Source: Zancudomyces culisetae HAW-14-8
Lineage: Eukaryota; Fungi; Kickxellomycota
Assembly (NCBI GenBank): GCA_052426225.1
Contig: JBNJNM010000011.1
Location: forward strand, 3,348,001-3,412,000
Direction of reading: 5' to 3'
Length of the DNA stretch: 64,000 nt
Shown: in pieces, positions 24,709-36,240 of the stretch
Numbering within the stretch: position 1 is the stretch's first letter
Layout: every line of letters starts with the position of its first letter
The notes under the pieces: model-generated
Databases searched by the model: none
What the model saw: only the letters and a program-made list of their open reading frames with translations
Told to the model about the DNA's origin: nothing
Made by a program: the position numbers and the translations under genes

Positions 24709-26109
24709 TTTGCCCGTTCTGCTGATTGTTGGCTTGCAAAAACAGCTGCGAATTCTCTAGCAAGGCAGATGTTTGAGGATCGGGGTTGTTATTGGCTTGG
24801 CCACCTTCTTCCGGTGGCACAAACGGACGCTCACTGATGTGATCGGCTCTTGTAGTAGTGTTGTTTACCAGGGTCAGGTTCCGAGTAGGATGGAGATATG
24901 CACAGTCCATTCGGGTACAGTAGTAGCCAAATTTGCACGGGATCTTGGCATCCTCAAGCTGTTCGTGTGGATGGATGTATCGACAATCAGCACGGGTACA
25001 CGTAGCACCGTTTCTACACGCCATTGGTACCTTATGCTCCTTGCTACACCTTGATCCTGGCATGATGTTGACACCATCGGCAACCACGCTCCCATCTACA
25101 GGTGGCGTTTGACCTGGCTTTGGTGTTGGGTGCACGAACGTACATGCTGGATTCATACAGTTTGGATAAAACTTGCACAAAATTGACAGACCTGGCGCCG
25201 CTGGTGAACCGTCAGCCGATATTACTGCCGCACCTGGTTGTTGTTTAGGTGGATGTTCGTATGTACAGTTTGGATTCAAGCAATTTACACCAAACTTACA
25301 TTTGGTTTCTGTTGGCTTTGTTGCCGGATGTATGTACATACACTCGTTATCTTTCTTTGGACAGTTTGGAAACTTGGGACACATTTTAGTTGGATGGAAA
25401 TATGGACATTCATTGCCTGCTTTACAATAAGGCCAATTGGTACATCTTATCAGCTTGGTTCCGAATAACACACCACCCCCTGTCTCATGCTTCATTCCCA
25501 TGTGAAGTGGCATTGTCATTGGCATTGGCATTGACATTGGCATTTGCATTGGCATCTGCATTGGTGCCTGTACTCCCATTGATCCTGCCATCTGCCCTGC
25601 TTTATCTGTCATAAAACCACCATCTTTTCCCCCAAACCCTGCCTCTCCCCTGTTTCCTAACCTCTCAAACACACTTTTTTTATCATGCTCCATTTTCCCT
25701 GCCAACCCCTTGATTGCTGTCACAGCTGCTGTGCTTTTTTCAGTCTTCTTCTTCTCAATCTTTCCATTTTTACCTCCTATTCTTGCCATTATATCTTGCT
25801 TTTTATCCCCTCTTCTTCTGTCTTCTCTTGAATTATCTCTGCGTTTGGATTGCTCTCTTGTTTCTCGCAGCTCCTTCAGGCTTATACCTCTAATATTTTT
25901 GCCTTCGCCGCTATCCCTTTGGCTTTTATTTAGTGCTGTCTGGAACATTCGCTTGTGTCCAGCATCGTATTTTTTATCAGCTCTCTTTTGTTCTATTTAG
26001 TGTTCATGTTTGGGTTATAAATCTTTAAAATAAATATAGCAACCACACTACCAACTTACCTCGTGTCATAGGGTCTTCATGCATATCCATATCTTCCTCT
26101 ACTATCGGC

Positions 26110-26160
<51 letters not shown>

Positions 26161-27230
26161 AATTGTTGTAACTGTTGTTGCTGTTGTAATTGTTGTTGCT
26201 GTTGTAATTGTTGTTGCTGTTGTTGTTGTTGTTGTAGCTCCTGCTCCTGAATTCGGTGCTGTTCTAATTTCTGTTGCTCGTGCTGCTGTTGTTGTTGTAA
26301 ATCCATCAGACCTCCATTGTTACGGTATCGCCCCTCTTTTACCTCTTTTTCAACCCAGTACCCGAATTCGTTGCTATATGCCTCTCCTAGCACTATAGTT
26401 GTTTTATATTCATATTACTTGTTAGCATACACTTTCTATACCCAAAGCCAATACCACCGTTCAACTTACACTCTACAAGCTCTGCATTGATCTGTTCTGC
26501 CCCTTTGTCATTTCTTATCATGGTCTATTTTCACGTTTATCCTCTGTTTTAGTTTATTCATCTCCAAAAGTTACACCCATTATCAGTATTAGAAACACCG
26601 CTTACCGTCACATATTCAGCAAATATCGTATCTATTTATTTACAAGGATTGGTTATTATAGTTCTCGTAAATCCAAACTAGGCCAAATGTTTTGAGCAGT
26701 AAAAAAATCAATAAATCAACATACCATTTTGCTGAGCGTACCCAATTTCTACTAATTTTCTGTGGATAATTTCCTATAGTATTTTTTATTCACAATTAGG
26801 TCCATAATCACCATTTTTTTTTTAGAAAAAGGGAAAACAATAAGGAAGGTTCTTGCTCCCAATTTATCACCTAATTAACTACAAATATGCAGAAACAATC
26901 ATTAGAAAGACAAAATCTGCCAGATTGTCAGAATGATGACAAGATACTTCACGAATCTTGAATACTTTGGTTTTGACTCTCCAAGCTGATCCAGATTTAA
27001 GCGAATCTAGCTATCCGCATCTTTTTGGATTTATCGCATTTTTCCGATTATTCACACTTTTCTTTTTCTTGAAAAAGAGCTTTCGTTAATCGAACTTTGT
27101 TACGTTTAAACAAGTCGAGCATGTAGTCTTAATCATCATCTTGAAATCTCTCGAATGAATGTATGAATCACTCCATTTTTCCGCTTCTTACCTGCAATAC
27201 TGCTAGCTCCTGCTCCGTTACATGTGACAT
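24674..27230 (-). CDS. NAB2: Nab2/ZC3H14 nuclear poly(A)-binding protein; exons 27230..27192, 26773..26725, 26631..26606, 26524..26470, 26392..26060, 25992..24674
   Basis: Micro-exons rebuild a PWI-like N-terminus (MSHVTEQELAVLQEIIHRKLVEIGYAQQNDTIFAEYVTTMIRNDKGAEQINAELVELLGEAY...FGYWV), followed by polyQ, six clear CCCH fingers and HISERPF. All junctions are GT-AG with consistent phases. Confidence 0.85.
26108..26297. repeat. Coding (CAA/CAG)n polyglutamine tract with a pure (TTG)n core at about 26111..26159
   Basis: Directly visible trinucleotide run within NAB2 exon 5. Confidence 0.95.
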
Positions 27231-27795
27231 CTTTAATATTATTCAAAATATTGTTCTATATATTAACTTTTTTTGAGAGAATCTATTACGGCGATAATTT
27301 AAAGCTTTTTGTTCAAAAAATATATAAATGTTATCCCTTTGATCTTGTTTTACTTTATAGCAATTTGAAAAGAAAATACGCCAAACTTGCCAAACGAAAC
27401 CATTACTGAGTAAAAAAAATTAAAATGGAATGAAATAAAGAGCCAAACTTTTCGTGCGTTTTTTTTTTGCACCTTTTTCGGTGACCACCACCACTGTAAA
27501 AAGTCTCAAAGCCAAAGCTAATTTCCAGGGATTTTGGAACATCATTTTATCTCCGTTTCAATATGCGTAAAGGAATCTTTCAATTTAATTGGCAAGTCAC
27601 AACATTCAAATTAGCACTTGATTAGTAATGGTCAAGATAAATCAAACCCATAACAAAAACCAAGGAAGACAAAACTACAAAGACATACTTAACAAAGATA
27701 GCTTAGTATCACACTCCACTAAAAACTATATCTCACCCCATACTTTTTACCCTTGGAAAACAAGGCTAGGATTACTTGCTCGAGTATCGAAAAGA

Positions 27796-28809
27796 ATGTC
27801 TCAAGAAGGATATAGGACAAGGATACTGATAATTGGTGGTGGTGGTGTCGGTTCAATTCTCGGATGGCGATTGCAAGCAGGGGGTGCCCACGTTTCTATG
27901 GCATGTCGCTCCAACTACAAAGCCATAAAAGAAACGGGCTTTATTATCACACCCGGCGTATCCGAACCTGTGACTTTTCATCCTGACGAAGTATTAACTT
28001 GCGCTAAGGGTGCTAGTACCAACAACATCGTATTTGACTATGTGTTTGTGTGCACAAAATGTTTGCCCAATATATCAGACCCGTCGGATGCGATTTTACC
28101 TTATATATCTAGCAATAAAACGGTCATAATACTCGTTCAAAACGGAGTTGGTATTGAAGAACCTGTAAAAAACAAATTGCCACTTAATACACTTGTCTCT
28201 AGCGTCATAAACGTAAGTGCTAGTCAAACAGAAAATGGTGTTATTACATATGCAGGGCGGATAAATTTGAAGTTTGGGTTTTATGTTCAAGAGGGTCAGG
28301 ACCTTGATGAATATAATAAACAGAACCGACACACTTTGCAAAAAATACACAAGCTTTTAGTTGCGGGTGATATTGGATCCACGATATTTGAAAACATTCA
28401 ACCTGTACGCTGGTCAAAGGTAATTTGGAATGGCACATTTAGTCCTGTATCTGTGCTGGCTGGTGCCATAGATAAAAAGAGTGTCGTAACCCTTCCCGAA
28501 ACAAGAGATCTTTTGATAAATGCGATGAATGAGCTATGCGCCATTGCCGAGGCAGTAACAAATGAGAAGGTCACCGCTATTTCAGGGTACAGCTCAATTG
28601 AGGGTGCTATTGAAAACGCCAAAAACGGAAAAGTAACTTATTATTCTTCGATGGTACTTGACTTTGTAAACAAAAGGCCAATGGAGCATGAGGTTATATT
28701 GAGAAATCCTATTATTCAGGCTAAAAAATATGGGTTGGAGACGCCAATACTGGAAACGCTATACGCGCTGCTTACATGTACTGAAAGATCGTATATGTCA
28801 TCTAACTAG
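27796..28809 (+). CDS. Ketopantoate (2-dehydropantoate) reductase PanE/ApbA family (likely ATG 27796; ORF opens at 27628)
   Basis: ILIIGGGGVG Rossmann motif, FDYVFVCTK, LVQNGVGIEE, RWSKVIWN (catalytic Lys), SSMVLDF...RPMEHEVI (catalytic Glu). Confidence 0.9.
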   Translation: MSQEGYRTRILIIGGGGVGSILGWRLQAGGAHVSMACRSNYKAIKETGFIITPGVSEPVTFHPDEVLTCAKGASTNNIVFDYVFVCTKCLPNISDPSDAILPYISSNKTVIILVQNGVGIEEPVKNKLPLNTLVSSVINVSASQTENGVITYAGRINLKFGFYVQEGQDLDEYNKQNRHTLQKIHKLLVAGDIGSTIFENIQPVRWSKVIWNGTFSPVSVLAGAIDKKSVVTLPETRDLLINAMNELCAIAEAVTNEKVTAISGYSSIEGAIENAKNGKVTYYSSMVLDFVNKRPMEHEVILRNPIIQAKKYGLETPILETLYALLTCTERSYMSSN

Positions 28810-29360
28810 GTGCAGCCCTGTACGGATCAAACTCAGCTATCTATATCACCATTTCATTTTTTTAATTTTTTTTTTCTTGTGGGTTACAAGCAGCCCACTT
28901 TTAATGAATCTAACCTTGCTAAACAAAGTATAGCATGTATGCCGGCCATCTGGCGGCTTATGTATTTATGCTCGGGTCTAAGTAGAGTTTGACGCATCGT
29001 ACCAGTCGTTTTTTCTTGTTTTTACTTAATTGCTGAAAAGGTAGTGTATTCCATAGTTTATTTGATGGGTTGTGTGTAATCATGTATAAAATATAATATC
29101 AAAACAGGGGGAAAAAATAAACGTTATGTAAAAACAAATGAGAGAAAATATATAACAACCATAATAAAACCCCTCTTTTCGCGATCGAGTGTTATACCCA
29201 AGAGTTTCTCCTAAGAGTAATTGATATCATCCAATTTCTTAGCCTTTATAAACACATCCTCACCACTCTGAATATAATATTGCGATGATGAAAAGTTATT
29301 GTTCCACTGGAGTATTAGAATGGCTAAATTAGGAAAATTCTTAAACCAGCACTACCAGCA

Positions 29361-30812
29361 CTAGCAAATTCTGTATCTACACACATCTTGCCCGTATGCT
29401 CCATAGTAACCAACGGGTCGAATAACACCTGCACCTATACGTCCATCTGCTTCGACAGTACCAGCAAGCCCCACTCCGGCTCCAACTCCAACTCCAACTC
29501 CATCTCCAGCTCCGATTCCAGCTCCAGCTCCAATTCCAGCTCCAGCTCCAACTCCGACTCCAGCTCCAACTCCGACTCCAGCTCCAACTCCAGCTCCAAC
29601 TCCAGACATTCCTACAACTCCGGCGCCACTCCCGACCGCCCCACCTATAGCCGCAGCACTGCTACCAGCTATTGCATTAAATGTAGCCACAAATGCTGTA
29701 TACCCAGCATCTCTACCAGCAGCTGCATTTGTGTAGGCTGAAAACGTTGCATCTGGATTTACTCCAGCCGCTTGTGTTGTAAATGCATTTATAGCCAACA
29801 CGCCAGTAGTGTATCCATCACCAATAAACAAAAAGTTGTTGTGGGTTGTTATTGATGCAATCCTATAGTTTTGAATTATCACAATCATGCTGTTTTCACT
29901 GTACCCAAAGGAGTAAAAAGAGGTGTAGTGTGCGATTGCCCCTATTAGGCCATGGAATCTTGAGGTAAGGTGTAAATCGTCAAAATACAAATATCCATCA
30001 AGACCATCACAAGAAGATAGCACGTCGTTTGGTGCGTTGTAGCACGCATCACGAAAGTTTGCAAAATTTAGTGCTCTATATACACCCTCTTGAGAAGTAA
30101 GGGCAGTAATGCTATACAAATTCACAATTCGTATATACCCACCACCTGTTTCTATATCACCTCTTAACCCAATTATAGCGTTATTCAAACTCTCGTTTAT
30201 TGTTATTATCAAGTGATAAATCCTGTTTCGCTCTGCCACGCTGTATTTTCTAAAGTATGGAAACCTGAGATAATCCGCAATGTTTGTGACTAGATACCTA
30301 CGATACCCAGCAGCCCTCAGTCTGCGAATAATTTCCAATACTCTGTCAACAAACCCAATAGCAAACTCACCTACACCTATTCTGTTGTTTATTATGTGAT
30401 CTATTGCGTACAGGATATCGCACCTACCCGTATCTATCACTACTATATCATTGTATATGTCAGATATTCCGCCTCTTCCACCAAATGATCCCAAAAACGC
30501 ATCTACCTGTTGGTATACTGATGACACGCTTGTGTCATATGTGATTCCCACTCCTTGAAAGTATGTATGATGCGAAACCGATCCAGCCACAGCATAATCT
30601 ACAAGAGCGAACCCTCTCCAATATGCCAGATACTCCGTCCATACAGGTCCATTTGAAAACCTTCCTTTCCAGTATGGAATAGTAAATGATCTTCCCTCTA
30701 TGTTTCCAATATCTGACCAGCTATCTCCAAATACAATTATTCTGCGACTCTGAACAAGAGTAATGAGAATAGATAGTAAAACGATTGAATATACTTTTAA
30801 ACACCTAAGCAT
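29361..30812 (-). CDS. Secreted GDSL/SGNH lipase-acylhydrolase (thermolabile-hemolysin-like) with C-terminal Gly/Ala/Val repeat
   Basis: Signal-peptide-like N-terminus; FGDSWSDIGN; YWKGRFSNGPVWTEYLA; DYAVAGS; YFDDLHLT (DxxH). Confidence 0.85.
   Translation of the reverse strand: MLRCLKVYSIVLLSILITLVQSRRIIVFGDSWSDIGNIEGRSFTIPYWKGRFSNGPVWTEYLAYWRGFALVDYAVAGSVSHHTYFQGVGITYDTSVSSVYQQVDAFLGSFGGRGGISDIYNDIVVIDTGRCDILYAIDHIINNRIGVGEFAIGFVDRVLEIIRRLRAAGYRRYLVTNIADYLRFPYFRKYSVAERNRIYHLIITINESLNNAIIGLRGDIETGGGYIRIVNLYSITALTSQEGVYRALNFANFRDACYNAPNDVLSSCDGLDGYLYFDDLHLTSRFHGLIGAIAHYTSFYSFGYSENSMIVIIQNYRIASITTHNNFLFIGDGYTTGVLAINAFTTQAAGVNPDATFSAYTNAAAGRDAGYTAFVATFNAIAGSSAAAIGGAVGSGAGVVGMSGVGAGVGAGVGVGAGVGVGAGAGIGAGAGIGAGDGVGVGVGAGVGLAGTVEADGRIGAGVIRPVGYYGAYGQDVCRYRIC
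29460..29650. repeat. Coding hexamer-based repeat (ccagct/ccaact/ccgact)n encoding (GA/GV/GI)n
   Basis: Directly visible; GVGAGVGAGVGVGAGVGVGAGAGIGAGAGIGAGDGVGVGVGAGVG. Confidence 0.9.
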
Positions 30813-32244
30813 TTTAATTACGGCACGATAGTATGTTGTTTTTAATCACGATATAGAATCAGAACTTTTGGTAATGTGCTTTTTTCTTTAATTAGACACA
30901 CAGGATATGAATCTGGATAAAGATTCTAGCAAAAAGATCTTTGAGATTACTGCGTTTTAACTTGATTTCAATATTTTACAAGATCTTTATATACTTTATT
31001 CTGTGTTATTAAAAACTCGATAGGTATCCTTTAAGGTTGTGAATTTAAATTTTCAGAACTTGTTTAGATTGAGTTTGCTGAACGTATCATGGTTTACTTG
31101 GTATACTCAAAGTATTTTTTCGTCAATACTATGATTGTTGTTTGGTTATCACTACACAGCTTTTAGTGCTTGGTAGATACTTTTTAAGAGTCCCCCAGAT
31201 ACTGAAAATACAAAAGCTTATAAAACAAAAGTGATTAAGGCTACAATAGAAATTCTTTGTACCCCAAGTTGATATTTTTTGTTTGATTCGAGTTTAGTTA
31301 CCATTCTATATTCGCTTCATAGTATACATCATCTTAAACTCCATTAAACTTTACCCCCCCTCCCCCACCACCCACAACCAACACCAACAAGAGTATCACT
31401 AGTATTTAATGCTTTCAAACAGACTCTAAACAAACAAGCTAACACCACAGAAATGTTTTTTTCATACTTAAGTTGTCTACAAAATACCAGCATATATGTT
31501 ATACCTTAGGCTTAAACATACATCACTCATATCTATTTAAGACCCCAGCTATAAAGCTAAATAGGAAAAAAAGAAACAAAGCCACTATATACATCCCGCT
31601 TCGTAAGCCTATTATTAAGTAGTCCCTTTTAAAACATCTTGGCTCCACTCTTTTGTGCTGACTTTTCTCTCAACTCCTTGCTTAAAAGTTTATAATGATA
31701 TCATTTTCACTGATATCATTTTTACTTTTGTGATAACTTTACCTGTTCCCTACCTCCCCAGATTTTACTTCAATTTGCATGTAAGAAAGTAAGTGCAGAT
31801 ATGTTCAAGTACTGGCATATATATGAAGGACCGCACTTATGTATACAGGCTGATATTGCATCACTATAAACTACACACTCTCAAATTGAGCAGGTTTTTG
31901 GTTATTAGCTTTTGCGTTATCACTGTTACTTTTCTTTGTGCAAGAAGAGTGGGAGTTGGTGAATCACAACTTTCCCAACTTCCTAAAAAAAAGAGTAAAC
32001 CAATTCAGGTGAAAAACGACTAGTAAGTTGAGCGCAAGATATGTGACTCTGTTGACCAGAAACGCAGATAGTGGAATTGGTAAATAATGGTTTCGCTTTA
32101 TTAAGAAACTGGTGCTGAATATGCGATTCATGATATAGTATTACACAGGTAAAAAGTGGAGAAAGCTAGCCCTCCCCCCAGGACGTGGTTAGAAACTAAA
32201 AAAAAAGTTCTTGGAGGAATATTCCATAAATAGAAAAAAAGTAC

Positions 32245-33333
32245 CTAGGCCAGTTGAGATGAATATGCTACAGCTACCTTCGCAGCCTGCAGCCTTCTCT
32301 CAGTAAGCGGAAGCAGCTGGAGCTTTTTGTGGATTTTTTTCAATTTGTAAATTACGTTCTCTATAGATTCCATTGGTGTTTCAACAACCGTGGAGCACTC
32401 CACTTCAGGAAACAGCTGAGCCGTAAGTTTAAATATCTCTTTTTCATCAAGAGCTGCAACGACTTTTTCCCAATCACTGTCATAAAGAGTATAGTCAATC
32501 TCTCCATCACAGCACAGATATGAGGCCAGGCGCTGCGATGTTATCCCAAAAATACCAAAGTTCATCTTCGCAATAGCGTCGTTACGTACCCAACTTCCAA
32601 GAAGGTCAGGTGTGACTCGTATTCCAGCTTCTAGTCCAGTTTGGCCGGGTGCATCATATCTGCGGACAGAATACATGTACGACCAAAAATGCTGCTCAAA
32701 AGCCAATAACACATGAAGATAATTGTTATATCCCACGTGTGGATCCACTTGGTCCGGTTTTATTACAAGCTTTGTGCTGGGAAACGTCAGTGAGTTGCTT
32801 TCATACATTTTAGACAAATCTACATACTCCCAGCCTTTTGAAACACATATATTACCATAGTTATGCGTTTTTTGGAAACCCAAAAGGTTTAGAATTTTTG
32901 CTGGCTTTGTCGGGTTATTGACACATAGGCGGAGTCCAATGTTGTTTACCGAGGCAAAGTTTGACCAAAACTCAAACTCTTTGAAGCTGTCAGGCTGGAA
33001 GGCATCAAAAATAAACACAATTGCATCAATAGGGCCTCCAAGTCTGGCCCTATCCACACTGGAGCTACTCAGAAAAGAGTCGTTCTTTCCTGTTTCGTGA
33101 ACCCATATGTGTGTTTTAAACTCATAGTACACAGTTTTATGTTCCCATTGAATTGGTCTGTATTTTAGGCTGAACAGGCGATTGCTGGAAACTTGCACGT
33201 TTTCATCCGTGTATTCGAGGCTTTTTCCGAAAATACCTTGGACTGCCTTGCTTTTCCCAACACCCTTCCTACCAACAATCAGCGACACGTTTTCCAAACC
33301 TTTGAAAAGATTGCTGACAAATTCTTCGGCCAT
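32245..33333 (-). CDS. Alpha/gamma-adaptin-binding protein p34 (AAGAB/Irc6)-like
   Basis: Pseudo-GTPase N-terminus (LIVGRKGVGKS; TVYYEFKTHIW; IDAIVFIFD), CVSKGWEYVDL, LAFEQHFW and C-terminal LPLTERRLQAAKVA, typical of AAGAB/Irc6. Confidence 0.75.
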   Translation of the reverse strand: MAEEFVSNLFKGLENVSLIVGRKGVGKSKAVQGIFGKSLEYTDENVQVSSNRLFSLKYRPIQWEHKTVYYEFKTHIWVHETGKNDSFLSSSSVDRARLGGPIDAIVFIFDAFQPDSFKEFEFWSNFASVNNIGLRLCVNNPTKPAKILNLLGFQKTHNYGNICVSKGWEYVDLSKMYESNSLTFPSTKLVIKPDQVDPHVGYNNYLHVLLAFEQHFWSYMYSVRRYDAPGQTGLEAGIRVTPDLLGSWVRNDAIAKMNFGIFGITSQRLASYLCCDGEIDYTLYDSDWEKVVAALDEKEIFKLTAQLFPEVECSTVVETPMESIENVIYKLKKIHKKLQLLPLTERRLQAAKVAVAYSSQLA

Positions 33334-36240
33334 GTTTAAGTCTTTCTAAAGTTACAGAGTGCAAAAAAAAAGATACTGTTTTAGCTTGAGTTCATTCCTT
33401 GAACTTTTCAATTCGTGTCCTCCTAAAGGTTTTATACTTGACCCTTAGACATTAAATAGAATACGGATTCCCGACAGTTATCGTAAGGCTGTTGTTAGTG
33501 TTATTGCTTATTTTTTTAAACAATGTTCTTGTACAATTTCCATGAAAAAGTTTAACCAACTTAATAGATGAATTGGTCGGCGGGATGTCAGTGTAAAATA
33601 TGTATTTATTAAGGTTCAGTAAGCTTGAACCCCTTAGTCTATTGTTTAATAAACAGCCTTACTAACTTTAAACTTAAAAGAGTAAGAGTATATTTTTTTC
33701 TAAAAGAATTTAAATAGTGCCAGCTATGTAGTAATATGTGCACAAACAATTTGCTATCCAATATTCTCGGCGCTAAAATGTATATATTTTTCACCTGTTC
33801 ACAATACCACGCATGATTTGTAATAGTTTTTTGTATTTTTTTTCTCGAGTATATAAAACAGGGGTAATGCCTACCAATAAATCAGAGCATTGATAAATTC
33901 AATTTCCTCAAAAATAAAATAAAAATAAAATAAGGCGAAAATGACAGAATGAAACTTTTTTTTTCGATATAACTAACAAGGAAGATGTACAATCCAATAG
34001 TTTTGCAGACAAATGTGGTAATATCACAAAGTTCACACGAATTAGCATTGCTTTATTTTTTTCGCTCAGTAAATACAAAATAGCATTTCAATTAGCAAAT
34101 TCTAATGTAAACCAAGTTTTTCATGACAAAATAGAATTGATGGGATAATTAAACCCGGGCTTAGATTGAAAACGCATAGGACTTGAAAAACAAGTCCACA
34201 GCAGATGGGTTGGGCAAGGTCCAAAATTCTATAACAATTGGTTTGCACTATTTTTTGCTAAAAAAATTTTTTTTTCGAGTTGTAGCTGTAATGAGAATAA
34301 GCTAAATTATTTGCTGAGCTCTGCATTTTCCAACCAAGCCGATTCATTTTGAAGTGTAAATCAAATAACCAGATGTAACATATGTTGGGCCTTGTAGGAA
34401 TTGGCATTGTTTTGTCAGTGAGAATCAGGACTAAAAATTCGGATTTCACCAAACTAAATTGTGCTGACTTTAATCAGTGAATTAGCTGGTTAACAATCAC
34501 TGCCAATAAACGTGCAAAGTTTACATAAACTAATAAAGTTTTTAAGGTGTTTTATAGGGCATTAAATGGTTTGTAATAGGGATTCCGCTTTAAAAGCACT
34601 AAAATCGAAAAATCTGTAAAAGATTAAAAAAGCAAGTAGATTGTTGGTAAAAAAGCCTGCCAATCACCACAAAGATACATGACTCGTGTATAGGAGTGTT
34701 AAATTATTGATGTTTTAAAGAAATAGCCGGGTTATTACTAATAGCAGTAACAACTCCATAAGTCCAAGAAATTGGGGAGTTGGAAGCATACAACGTGATA
34801 GGCTCAGAACAACAAGCAATCGAATAAACTGCATGTCTTGGACTATTTTGCGGAAATCTGAGTGGTACTACACACGGTCTCTGCGATGCTAACACACAAT
34901 TGGTACATGATAGCGTTTGGAGTTGGGCAAAATATATTCGTAACTGTAGCCGAGCAGGCTTGGGTGACAATGTAAGCCAGTGTATGATTAGCAACACGCT
35001 ACCCATTGGTGAAGCGGGATTGGTACGCTCAGCAGCCATAAAATAAAGTGCAGAAAACACATTCTTGTACATTTTTCATGTCAACGTGTTTATTTATGAA
35101 CGAAGGAACTGGCAAACATATGGTGTGTTTTTGATGATGCAATGGTTATGAAAGAGTATGATGTAGACATGCCATATAAAAAACTGAGTATGTACTATAC
35201 TCATCCATTCAATCGATAACTCAAACTCATAATCTTTTAGATATTCACAAAATTTATTACAAATTGTAGTTTATTGCTAATCAAGATCAGAATCACGCCT
35301 CGTTTAATTAATAAACGTGCTATTATCTAACTAAAAAACCGAAAAAATGAGGTTACTAAACAAAAGTTGGCTGATATATGTCGAAAATGGCTAATAGGTA
35401 ATACTCAAAACACAAAGATAACACAGCCAGATTTTGGGTCACAAGGGTTGTGCAAAAATTATACAATCCATGATTGGCTATTATGATGGCAGAGGCAATT
35501 GTTATCTAAAGAAGTAAGGCTAGGGATTGTTAGTAAAAAAAAAAAGAAGTATTCCCTGACTGGTCAATGAGCAGTGTCTAGATCCCTGGCAGGACGCTTT
35601 ATTCAAACCACACAGGTACAAAAAAAAGCGGACAACAAAAAGTATGGAGCATATTGTATCTCATCCTTGTAAACTTACCATTAAAAAGATTATAGTGGAG
35701 TGCAACAGCACGAGGGGAGATTATGCCATGTAAGCAGGGCGTCTGTATCTTATTTAGTGTTAATAGTGCGCACATATGCGGCTATATCACCGAAGCCAGT
35801 ATCTTATATGTACATTAAATCGGGTATACAATGATGGGGATGATTGGGCGTGAAGAAATAAAGTGAATATATATATGGTATATAAACCAATTTGTTCAGT
35901 ATAGGCTCAACTGTTACGTCCCAAATGATGGTGGTGTATATCCTAAGTATTATGTGTAGTTTCTAAGCTGCAAAAGAAAGCAGTAGAGTGTGAGGATATG
36001 TATAGCAGCGGAGAGTGATTCTTAACAACCAATCGCTAAGCTCGGCCACTGTACAGCCAATAAAAAAGATATACTTGTTTTCATGATTCCAAATGAAGAA
36101 AAATGCCATCTGAAATTAATTGATATTTCAACTACTAAATTGTTACGTAAAGCAAAGTGCGCTCTATTTTTACCCTAAAAATCAGGAAAAAAAGGTAGTA
36201 TAGAACCCCTTACAGGATGCTAGATAAATAAGGCCAAAGT

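Noticed and set aside
26774-26814. Alternative NAB2 start (ATG at 26814 plus a 38-nt intron)
   Set aside because: Weak donor and very short intron; the exon at 27230..27192 has a strong CAG|GTAAGA donor and extends the domain sensibly.
27628-28809. Bacterial horizontal transfer of panE (or of the HAD phosphatase at 58485..59366)
   Set aside because: Both families are widespread in fungi, the motifs look fungal-type, the HAD gene has an intron and composition matches neighbours; only a phylogeny could revive this.
29388-29741. Ser/Asn-rich 117-aa ORF
   Set aside because: Antisense reading of the Gly-Ala-Val repeat.
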